Source: Anaeromyxobacteraceae bacterium (GTDB lineage Bacteria > Myxococcota > Myxococcia > Myxococcales > Anaeromyxobacteraceae). From it: a stretch of 30,741 nucleotides of DNA. Positions 9,020 through 15,664 of the stretch are shown piece by piece (position 1 is the stretch's first letter; each line of letters opens with the position of its first letter). The stretch is from assembly GCA_027349605.1 (NCBI GenBank), contig DAIEMM010000130.1, forward strand, positions 1 to 30,741, written 5' to 3'. The notes under the pieces are model-generated. The model was not told the DNA's origin. It ran no database searches and saw only the letters and a list, made by a program, of their open reading frames with translations. A program made the translations under genes and the position numbers.

Positions 9020-9044
9020 TAATGTGACCGTGCCGGTTTCGCTG
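9020..9044. promoter_or_regulatory. Candidate activator binding site (UAS B)
   Basis: TAATGTGAC-CGTGCCG-GTTTCGCTG; the reverse strand reads CCACAGCG like the CCACAGTG of UAS C and E; centre is 75 bp from the promoter GG. Confidence 0.55.
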
Positions 9045-9083
9045 TGGGAAGCCCGGTGATCAAGAACGTCGCCGGGCCGGGCA

Positions 9084-10175
9084 TCAGACATCCTGCAGTT
9101 CCGCGACGGGGTCCCGGAGGGCCGCGGCGGCACCGGTCGGGAGCGCCGCCGCGATGCCAACGAGGGTCGCCGCGGCGATTGCCGAAGCCGCCAGCGGAAG
9201 AGCCGGGAGGACCGACGACGCGGCCCTGGCATCCAGGGCGAGTGTCGCGAGGGCGCCGAGCGCAAAGCCCACGACCCCGCCGGCCGCCCCGAGGGCCGCC
9301 GACCGCACCACCCCGGCCAGGGTGATGTCGTAGCCGGCTGCTCCGATCGCAACCAGCATGGCCACCTCGCGCCGACGCTCCTGGGCATCCAGGTGCGAGG
9401 CCACGGCCAGGCACAGGAGCGACACGATCCCCGTGACCCACCAGATGAGATGCCGGTGCGACGCCAGCGCATCCTGGGCCTCGCTCTCGACGACCGCCCC
9501 CCGGTCCGGACGCAGGACGGAGATGCCCGCCACCGAAATCTCGATGGCCGAGGCCACACTGGAGATGCTGGCGTCCGGGCGCAGGAAGAGGCGCAACTCC
9601 GTCGGCTGAACCTGCGCTTCCACTCGAGTCCGGGGCGCGGTCGGCAGGAAGGCAGCCGTGTCGTCCGCGTCCGCCCGCGACGGCAGGATCGTCGCGACCC
9701 GGTATGGCTCACCCAGGATCTCCACCATCTGGCCGGGCTGGACGCCCAGGGACGAGGCAAGGACCGGCCCGAGCGCGACCTCGCCGGCCAGGAGCACGGC
9801 GTCACCTCCCGACGTTGGCTCGACCCACATGACCAGGTTTCGCCTGCCGGCAACGGGGAGCCAAGCTACACGTCGTTGCTCGAGCGCGGCCAGGGCGGGG
9901 CCTGCCGTCCGTCGGACCGCCTCGACCGTGCCCGGTGGAAGAGCCGGTGAAGTCGTACCTTCCTGGACGATGGATTGCGGCGATGCGCCCGCCGGGAGGA
10001 TCCGTAGGGCCGGTCCAACGGCATCGAACTGGATCGCGATGGCCGCCTCCCTTGCGCGCGAGACCAGCTCGACGGTCACCGAGAGCGCAACCGCCGACGC
10101 CACCACCAGGACGGCGCCATAGGCCCGGCCGCGGCGGGAGAGGAGCTCGCGCAGGGCGAACCACATGATCGTCAC
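9084..10175 (-). CDS. MacB/FtsX-family ABC transporter permease (363 aa)
   Basis: N-terminal TM, large periplasmic domain, QERRREVAMLVAIGA motif, three C-terminal TMs, ALRDPVAELQDV end; start overlaps the ATPase stop (alternative ATG 10166). Confidence 0.8.
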   Translation of the reverse strand: MTIMWFALRELLSRRGRAYGAVLVVASAVALSVTVELVSRAREAAIAIQFDAVGPALRILPAGASPQSIVQEGTTSPALPPGTVEAVRRTAGPALAALEQRRVAWLPVAGRRNLVMWVEPTSGGDAVLLAGEVALGPVLASSLGVQPGQMVEILGEPYRVATILPSRADADDTAAFLPTAPRTRVEAQVQPTELRLFLRPDASISSVASAIEISVAGISVLRPDRGAVVESEAQDALASHRHLIWWVTGIVSLLCLAVASHLDAQERRREVAMLVAIGAAGYDITLAGVVRSAALGAAGGVVGFALGALATLALDARAASSVLPALPLAASAIAAATLVGIAAALPTGAAAALRDPVAELQDV

Positions 10176-10870
10176 GATGCGAGCCTCCGCAGCCGGCCTG
10201 GCCGGTCGTCGGTCACGCGCCCCGCGACGATCGAGACGATGCGGTGAGCCCGCTCGGCCAGAGCGGCGGAATGGGTGACGACGACGATGGTCTGTCCCTG
10301 GCCGTTGAACTCGGAGAGCAGATCGAGAAACTGGGTGCCGTTCGCGGAGTCGAGGCTGCCGGTGGGCTCGTCCGCGAGGAGGACCTTGGGCCGGTTCACG
10401 AGCGCCCGCCCGATCCCGACCCGCTGTCGCTCGCCCACGGAGAGCTGGGCGGGGTAGTGCCGGGCGCGCGCCACCATGCCGAGCTTCTCGAGCATGCCAT
10501 GGGCTAGGCTCCTCGCCTCGCGCCGTGACCGGCCCGCGAGCATCGCGGGGAACGCCACGTTGTCGACGACGTCGAGCCAGGGGACGAGATTGAACGTCTG
10601 GAAGACGAATCCGACCTCCGTCCGCCGCAGCGCGGCACGCCTCGACGGGCCGAGGGAATAGACGTCCGTGGCGCCCAGATGGACCTTGCCAGAGTCCGGC
10701 CCGGAGATCCCTCCGAGGGCGAAGAGAAGGCTCGACTTCCCGCTCCCGCTCGGCCCGACGACCGCAACGAATTCGCCCTCGTCGACCGACAGGGTCACCT
10801 CGTCGAGCGCCCGAACGGTCGATCCGTCGTCGGTCGTGAAGGTCTTGGTGATGTGGTCTGCGACGATCAT
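10172..10870 (-). CDS. LolD/MacB-type ABC ATP-binding protein (232 aa)
   Basis: GPSGSGKSS, GFVFQTFNL, LSVGERQRVGIGRAL, LLADEPTGSLD, VVTHS. Confidence 0.9.
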   Translation of the reverse strand: MIVADHITKTFTTDDGSTVRALDEVTLSVDEGEFVAVVGPSGSGKSSLLFALGGISGPDSGKVHLGATDVYSLGPSRRAALRRTEVGFVFQTFNLVPWLDVVDNVAFPAMLAGRSRREARSLAHGMLEKLGMVARARHYPAQLSVGERQRVGIGRALVNRPKVLLADEPTGSLDSANGTQFLDLLSEFNGQGQTIVVVTHSAALAERAHRIVSIVAGRVTDDRPGRLRRLAS

Positions 10871-10871
10871 G

Positions 10872-11969
10872 TCAGGACTCCCGAAGGACTTCGGAGGGAT
10901 CGAGTGCGACGGCGCGGCGCGTCGCCAGTGCAGCGGCCCCGGCGGCCACCAGACCAGCACCGATGACCGCGAAAGCGAACAGGTCGAGGGACGGGGATGC
11001 GGCAGCTCCAAGCGTGCGCGCGGAGAGCCAGCGGGTCGCCGGGATGGCAGTGAGGTACCCGGCCACTCCGCCGGCGATTCCGGACAGCCCAGCCGACGCG
11101 ACGAAGAGCGCCGCGACGACGGAGGGCGAGACCCCGATCGCCGCGAGCAATCCGAGGTCGCGCCGTGCCCTGCGCGCCTGCGCGGAGACGAGCGCGGCGA
11201 CGAGGCCGGCGACCGTCAGGGATCCAGCGATCAGGAGGGCCATGGCGTAGCGCCCCATCGTCGCGACCGCTCCCTTCTGGGCCTTCACCACGCCAGCGAC
11301 CGTGATCGCCCGGGAGCCGGGGAGGATGCGCTCCACCTCCTTCCCGAGCGCGGCCACGTCGATTCGGCACCAGCAACCAGCGAGTCGCAGGGCGTTGATG
11401 GCACCGGGCTGGCCGAGGACTTGCTGGGCCGTGACGAGGGGAACCAGGATCGCGTCCTCGAGGCCATCGGGCGGGCGGTCCATCACGCCCGCGACGGAGA
11501 GGCTGGCACCGTTGAGCTCGATGATGGAACCAGGCCGGAAACCGAGCCGGCCCGCCGCGGAAGGAGACAGCATGGCGGGCGCCGTCCCCACCACCGGCGA
11601 CCGGGGCCAGCTTCCCTCCTCGCCCACGAGGAGGACGTCCCGCCCACCGACGACCACGTGCCCGTACAGCCTGGCCTGGCTCCCGCGGATGTCCGAGGCG
11701 ATCTCGGACGACTTCAGGATGACCGGTGAGGCGTCGGGGAGCACCGACGGCCCGTACCGCTGCAGGTGAAAGTCACCAACGTCCTGGTCCCTGGGCAAGA
11801 CCAGCATGTTCGACCCGAGCCGGTGGGCCAGGTCATGGATGGCGCCATCAGCGGACGACGTCACCGCTCTCTGGGCGACGAGGGCCGCCACGATGAGGGC
11901 GACTGCCAGCGCGACGAGCGCGTACTCGCCCCAACGCACTCGTAGATACGCGAAAGTGATCCTGATCAT
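10872..11969 (-). CDS. MacB/FtsX-family ABC transporter permease with periplasmic CWC motif (365 aa)
   Basis: LGSNMLVLP after TM1, RRDLGLLAAIG motif, LDPSEVLRES end; periplasmic LRLAGCWCRID. Confidence 0.8.
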   Translation of the reverse strand: MIRITFAYLRVRWGEYALVALAVALIVAALVAQRAVTSSADGAIHDLAHRLGSNMLVLPRDQDVGDFHLQRYGPSVLPDASPVILKSSEIASDIRGSQARLYGHVVVGGRDVLLVGEEGSWPRSPVVGTAPAMLSPSAAGRLGFRPGSIIELNGASLSVAGVMDRPPDGLEDAILVPLVTAQQVLGQPGAINALRLAGCWCRIDVAALGKEVERILPGSRAITVAGVVKAQKGAVATMGRYAMALLIAGSLTVAGLVAALVSAQARRARRDLGLLAAIGVSPSVVAALFVASAGLSGIAGGVAGYLTAIPATRWLSARTLGAAASPSLDLFAFAVIGAGLVAAGAAALATRRAVALDPSEVLRES

Positions 11970-12016
11970 TCAGGCGTGCCCCCGGTCCGATGTGCTCGCA
12001 TTCGACGATGCGACGA

Positions 12017-12032
12017 TGCATGGGGCGGGCCG
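12017..12032 (-). promoter_or_regulatory. Sigma54 promoter for the ABC operon
   Basis: CGGCCCGCCCCATGCA (GG-N10-GC); 93 bp from the UAS C centre. Confidence 0.5.
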
Positions 12033-12111
12033 GAGCGGTCGCAATGACGTTTTCCCGCCATTCCTCGTCATACCCGCCGTCTTCAGGACGAAGTGGCCGA
12101 GCCGGCCGCCA

Positions 12112-12136
12112 CAGTGTGACGTTGCTGGTCACGCTG
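12112..12136. promoter_or_regulatory. Candidate activator binding site (UAS C)
   Basis: CAGTGTGAC-GTTGCTG-GTCACGCTG; the extended CGCCACAGTGTGA-N8-GTCACGCTGG is shared exactly with UAS E. Confidence 0.75.
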
Positions 12137-12195
12137 GTGCGGTCCCGATAGAGCGGAGCCTCCTGTGCTCGTGTGCTCAAGCCGGGAAGGCAGGA

Positions 12196-12211
12196 GGGCA
12201 CGCAAACTGCA
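12196..12211 (+). promoter_or_regulatory. Sigma54 promoter for the 12225-13133 genes
   Basis: GGGCACGCAAACTGCA; 73 bp from the UAS C centre. Confidence 0.6.
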
Positions 12212-12224
12212 GAAGCATGTTCCT

Positions 12225-12683
12225 GTGAGCGAACGAACAAGAGAGGCGGCGACCGAACCAGGACTCCCCGACCCAGGCGGATGCGCATTCGGCCCAGGGT
12301 TCTTTCTTGGTCAGCTCCGGGCGTTCGCGCGTGAAAGGTGTCCCGACCCAGCGGAGGGGCTACCGTCCGTGTCGGTCCACCTCGCCACGGGCGAGGTGCT
12401 GTCACTGTGTCACGTGGCAGGGCTCGCCCCGTGCTTCGTCGCACTCGTAATCCGTGAGGCAGACCGTGGCGACGGGCGAATGGCCACCGAGCTCGTCCCT
12501 TACTCGCTCATCACGCGCGTGACCATCCGAGCCGCGACCGGGGCAGATCGCCATGTGGGGTTCGACGCCACCCATGTGCCGCACATCCTCTCCGGGCGAC
12601 GCCCTCTCAGTCCGGAGGCGACCCTTCGAAGGGTGGCCATGCCTCCCGGAGTCGCTACCGTGGTGGAAGAAGACCGCGAGTAA
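12225..12683 (+). CDS. Hypothetical Cys-containing cytoplasmic protein (about 152 aa)
   Basis: GTG 12225 chosen because the ORF-track start 12165 lies upstream of the promoter; GCAFGPGFFLG, RCPDPAE, LCHV and ELVPYSLITRV look protein-like. Confidence 0.65.
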   Translation: MSERTREAATEPGLPDPGGCAFGPGFFLGQLRAFARERCPDPAEGLPSVSVHLATGEVLSLCHVAGLAPCFVALVIREADRGDGRMATELVPYSLITRVTIRAATGADRHVGFDATHVPHILSGRRPLSPEATLRRVAMPPGVATVVEEDRE

Positions 12684-12698
12684 GCGGAGGCAAGGCGA

Positions 12699-13133
12699 AT
12701 GAGTGGCCCGCGACTCCTAGTCCTCGGCGAGAAGCCACGACGAATCCTAGCCACCGCGCTGGGGCGCTCCTGGGAGATCACGGTCGCCCATGACGGCAGC
12801 GAGGCCCTGACGCTGCTCGCCGCCGAGTCTTTCGACGTTGCTTTCCTCGCGGATGAAGGCGGCGCACAGCACATCGATGCCGACTTCGTCCAGGCTGCGC
12901 ATCAAGTCGCTCCCGAGACCGAGATCGTCACCGTGTCCCATCTCCGTCTGGGATCGTGGCTTCCCGGGGAATGCCCGCCAGATGTCTACGGATTCCTGAC
13001 CTGGCCGCTCGATTCCGAACTCGTGGTGCGAACCCTTCGGGGTGCGGTCGAGCGTCGACGATTGCGCGCGGAGATCGAGTATCTGCGCGCCGAGCTTCGA
13101 CGGAGAGTTGGAATTCGAGACGTGGCCTCGTGA
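12699..13133 (+). CDS. Atypical (pseudo) receiver domain with NtrC-type coiled-coil linker (144 aa)
   Basis: RBS GGAGG; AHDGSEALTLL..ESFDV pattern; acidic pocket, phospho-Asp and Lys replaced (FLTWP); ends AVERRRLRAEIEYLRAEL. Confidence 0.7.
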   Translation: MSGPRLLVLGEKPRRILATALGRSWEITVAHDGSEALTLLAAESFDVAFLADEGGAQHIDADFVQAAHQVAPETEIVTVSHLRLGSWLPGECPPDVYGFLTWPLDSELVVRTLRGAVERRRLRAEIEYLRAELRRRVGIRDVAS

Positions 13134-13197
13134 GTCGGGCGCCCAGGGTTCATGGACCTAGCTAGCCGGCAATCCGGGTGCTGGAGCATTGGAGACT

Positions 13198-13259
13198 CCC
13201 GGCTGCCTGCTCGAACCATGAAGCGGGGGGGGGATGACATGGCGAGCAGGCGAGCCGGG
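13198..13259 (-). ncRNA. Long hairpin with C9-containing loop downstream of an orphan sigma54 promoter (candidate sRNA)
   Basis: On the + strand: CCCGGCT-GCCTGCTCG-AA-CCATG [17-nt loop with G9] CATGG-CGAGCAGGC-G-AGCCGGG, i.e. 21 bp paired. Confidence 0.4.
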
Positions 13260-13300
13260 CGAGGTCGGGTTCAACCGGCCCCACTGCATGAAAATCAAGA

Positions 13301-13316
13301 AGCACGATGCGTGCCA
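13301..13316 (-). promoter_or_regulatory. Near-consensus sigma54 promoter with no convincing downstream CDS
   Basis: TGGCACGCATCGTGCT; 94 bp from the UAS D centre. Confidence 0.6.
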
Positions 13317-13396
13317 TGTCGGCCCCAGCGTGGGCGAGTCAAGGATTGCCGGGATCGCGATGTCCGGGGGATGAGAGCAAGCGTCCGCAACAGTCA

Positions 13397-13421
13397 CGGC
13401 GTGACTGAGGGGGTTACACGG
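13397..13421. promoter_or_regulatory. Candidate activator binding site (UAS D)
   Basis: CGGCGTGAC-TGAGGGG-GTTACACGG; GCGTGACTGAGG is repeated at 13448-13459 as an extra half-site. Confidence 0.6.
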
Positions 13422-13469
13422 GGCGGTAGCGGCAACTCGTCAATGGAGCGTGACTGAGGAGCCGATGGA

Positions 13470-14540
13470 ATGGACGTCGGAACAGTTGGCGAAGGGACCA
13501 TCATGCAACAGACTGCGAGACGAAGGATCGCGTTCGTGCTGGGTGGCGGCGCCGCTCGCGGGCTGGCCCACATCGGGGTGCTGGAGGTGCTCGAGCGCGA
13601 GGGAATCCCCGTTGACTACCTGGTGGGGAGCAGCATGGGCGGCCTCATCGCGGCGCTGCACGCTTCCGGATTGAGGGCCGCGGAGATCGCCGAGGTGGCA
13701 TCGCACTTCCGATTTCCGCCTTGGTTCGTTCCGGGGTGGACGTTGTCCTGGGAGAGAATCTTCCCGTCTGCAGCAACCGAACTGGCGGGACTCACATTCA
13801 ACGAGGCCTTTCGCCCGATGGCCCTGGTCGCGGTCGACGTCGAGAGCGGGAAGCAGGTCGTGCTCAGGTCCGGGGAGCTTCTACCCGCCGTCAAGGCGAC
13901 GTGCGCGGTGCCGGGGGTATTGCCCCCCGTCGAGATCGGAGGGCGATGGCTCATCGACGGAGGGCTGGTGAACCTCCTCCCCGTTGACGTCGCCCAGATG
14001 TTCGACCCTGGGGTGATCGTCGCCGTGAAGGTGGGCGCGCAGCGATCCCGGACGATGCCCCGTTTGCACGAAGGAACGGAGACTCTGACCGAGTGGGTAG
14101 CGAGGATCGTTCCCAGCCCCTGGAGTGCTCGCCGAAGCTTCGAGCTGCTCGTCCGCGGGGCCGAGATCGCCCTCGATCGGCAATACACCTTGGCGGCGGC
14201 CATGGTGGGGCCAGACGTGCTCGTCGAGATAGACGTCGGGACCATGGGATTGCGGGACTTCCACCGACTCGACGAGGCCGTTCGAGCAGGACGGCGAGCC
14301 GCGGAAGCGGCCCTGGCGCGCCTGTTCGAGGCGATCGAGTCCGCGAACGAGGACACCGCACCTGCCTGCGCCATTCGAGATCTGATCTTCGACCCGATTT
14401 GCGAGATGGTCATCACCGCTGGCCGGGCCCGGGCGACGCTCGATTGCAGGGGCAGGACGTTCTACTTCTGTTCGGCCAACTGCCGCGACGAGTTCGCGAG
14501 GGGTCTGCACCGCCTGGATGACCCGTCGACGAGTGGGTGA
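13470..14540 (+). CDS. Patatin-like phospholipase fused to a C-terminal YHS/TRASH domain
   Basis: GGGAARG oxyanion motif, GSSMG nucleophile, DGG; C-terminus DPICEM...RATLDCRGRTFYFCSANCRDEF; start 13470 or 13503. Confidence 0.85.
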   Translation: MDVGTVGEGTIMQQTARRRIAFVLGGGAARGLAHIGVLEVLEREGIPVDYLVGSSMGGLIAALHASGLRAAEIAEVASHFRFPPWFVPGWTLSWERIFPSAATELAGLTFNEAFRPMALVAVDVESGKQVVLRSGELLPAVKATCAVPGVLPPVEIGGRWLIDGGLVNLLPVDVAQMFDPGVIVAVKVGAQRSRTMPRLHEGTETLTEWVARIVPSPWSARRSFELLVRGAEIALDRQYTLAAAMVGPDVLVEIDVGTMGLRDFHRLDEAVRAGRRAAEAALARLFEAIESANEDTAPACAIRDLIFDPICEMVITAGRARATLDCRGRTFYFCSANCRDEFARGLHRLDDPSTSG

Positions 14541-14559
14541 CGGTGCCCCCGTTTGGTCG

Positions 14560-14928
14560 TCACTCGACGACGACCGTGCCGCCGATCGAGTCCTTCGGGC
14601 AGGCGTAGCGGATCGTCCCGCTTTCCTCGGCCTTGAGCGCCACGGCTACTGGCTCATCCTTTGGCAGTTCCCGGACGAGTCCAAGATATCTGATGACGAC
14701 GGCGGTCGCACAGGTGTGATCTACGGTGCGTGTGAACACCAGCCTGATGTTCTCCCCCTTCTTCACGTGGATCTCCGAGGGGACGAATCCGCTGGAGTCG
14801 ACCGTGACCTTGACGATTCGCGGTCGGGGTGTCCAGGGATCCTGGATGGGGTGGAACTGTGCAAGCGCGGGGCTCGCCGCGAAGAGTGTATATGCAGCCC
14901 CGAGCGTGTACCAGGTCTTCTTGCGCAT
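14560..14928 (-). CDS. Secreted cupredoxin-domain protein (CupA-like), Met ligands absent
   Basis: Signal peptide; VTVDSSGFVPSEIHVKKGENIRLVFTR..DHTCAT..; YACPKDSIGG instead of FACxMxM; start 14928 or 14934. Confidence 0.8.
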   Translation of the reverse strand: MRKKTWYTLGAAYTLFAASPALAQFHPIQDPWTPRPRIVKVTVDSSGFVPSEIHVKKGENIRLVFTRTVDHTCATAVVIRYLGLVRELPKDEPVAVALKAEESGTIRYACPKDSIGGTVVVE

Positions 14929-14988
14929 CGTCATCCCCTGCCTGTCTGTGGGTTCTTGGTGGAGTGGAACCGTATGTGGCCATGCCTG

Positions 14989-15004
14989 TGCAGGGCGCGT
15001 GCCG
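14989..15004 (-). promoter_or_regulatory. Sigma54 promoter for the island cupredoxin
   Basis: CGGCACGCGCCCTGCA; 115 bp from the UAS E centre. Confidence 0.6.
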
Positions 15005-15105
15005 TCGCGGGTGAGAAGATGGCGATGCCGCCGCTCCCAGGAAAACCCGACGTCGAACTGGATGAAGGCACCTGGGATTCCACGAGGTGAAGTGTTCAAA
15101 CGCCA

Positions 15106-15130
15106 CAGTGTGATGGCGGACGTCACGCTG
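15106..15130. promoter_or_regulatory. Candidate activator binding site (UAS E)
   Basis: CAGTGTGAT-GGCGGAC-GTCACGCTG, located between divergent sigma54 promoters. Confidence 0.75.
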
Positions 15131-15210
15131 GGCGCGCTCAGGCCTTCGCGGTCAGGTTCCGAACGGGGCTGGGTACGGTTCGACCGACCTCGCGGGCGAT
15201 GGCCGCCCGC

Positions 15211-15226
15211 TGGCGCGACGCATGCA
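15211..15226 (+). promoter_or_regulatory. Sigma54 promoter for small secreted protein P2 (possibly also HD-GYP)
   Basis: TGGCGCGACGCATGCA; 94 bp from the UAS E centre; near-identical to 6221-6236. Confidence 0.65.
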
Positions 15227-15241
15227 CTCTCACCTCTTGGC

Positions 15242-15284
15242 CTCAGCAAGTGCCAAGGAGACCGGCATCCGGTCCCATGCTGAG
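15242..15284 (+). ncRNA. Structured 5-prime leader, copy 2 (candidate cis-regulatory RNA)
   Basis: CTCAGCA-AGTG-CCAA-GG-A-GACCGG-CAT-CCGGTC-CC-A-TGCTGAG. Confidence 0.5.
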
Positions 15285-15301
15285 CGTGCGAGGACGCGCC
15301 A

Positions 15302-15586
15302 ATGACTCTGCGAATCGTCGGAGCGGTACTGATTGGAGCCCTGTCGACACCGGGGCTGGCATGGGGAGACGGGGGAGGAGGGGGAGGGGCTCGTGAATTC
15401 GCGGGCCCGCTGAGGCCAACGGAGGTGGTCGGGGTCCCGCTCTCCAGGAGCGAAGCGAGCCCCACCTGCAGATGCATGATGGCGGAACCGCACGACGCCA
15501 CCCCGGACAAGTCGTCCGCCAGCTCAAAGCCCCCTGAAGGGGGTGAACGGGCTACGGGCCGGGGCCACGTCGAGGAGCATCACTGA
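15302..15586 (+). CDS. Small secreted CxC protein P2 (94 aa), uncharacterised
   Basis: Signal MTLRIVGAVLIGALSTPGLA resembles P1; poly-Gly; TCRCMM; C-terminal HVEEHH. Confidence 0.65.
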   Translation: MTLRIVGAVLIGALSTPGLAWGDGGGGGGAREFAGPLRPTEVVGVPLSRSEASPTCRCMMAEPHDATPDKSSASSKPPEGGERATGRGHVEEHH

Positions 15587-15664
15587 ACCAGATCTTGATC
15601 GTATTCGCCGGGGTACGACGCATCGCGCGCCGGTGAAGCGTCACCCTGGCTCGAGAGGTACCCG

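Noticed and set aside
13225-13233. G9 homopolymer as a phase-variation switch
   Set aside because: It is not inside a supported CDS or promoter spacer; it forms the hairpin loop instead.
13152-13457. Plus-strand small ORFs in the 13134-13469 gap (101 aa from 13152; 46 aa from 13234 with HCM/HDACH)
   Set aside because: They run across the minus-strand promoter (the 101-aa ORF also across UAS D), have no recognisable domain and no plus-strand promoter; not supportable as CDS.
13399-13459. 12-bp direct repeat GCGTGACTGAGG (13399 and 13448) as a target-site duplication
   Set aside because: Only 49 bp apart with no element between them; better explained as a duplicated UAS half-site.
6312-15586. 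P1/P2 as RiPP precursors (methanobactin- or bufferin-like)
   Set aside because: No DUF692/MNIO, radical SAM, YcaO or dedicated peptidase gene is present in the window. Kept only as unmodified secreted proteins unless such enzymes occur elsewhere.
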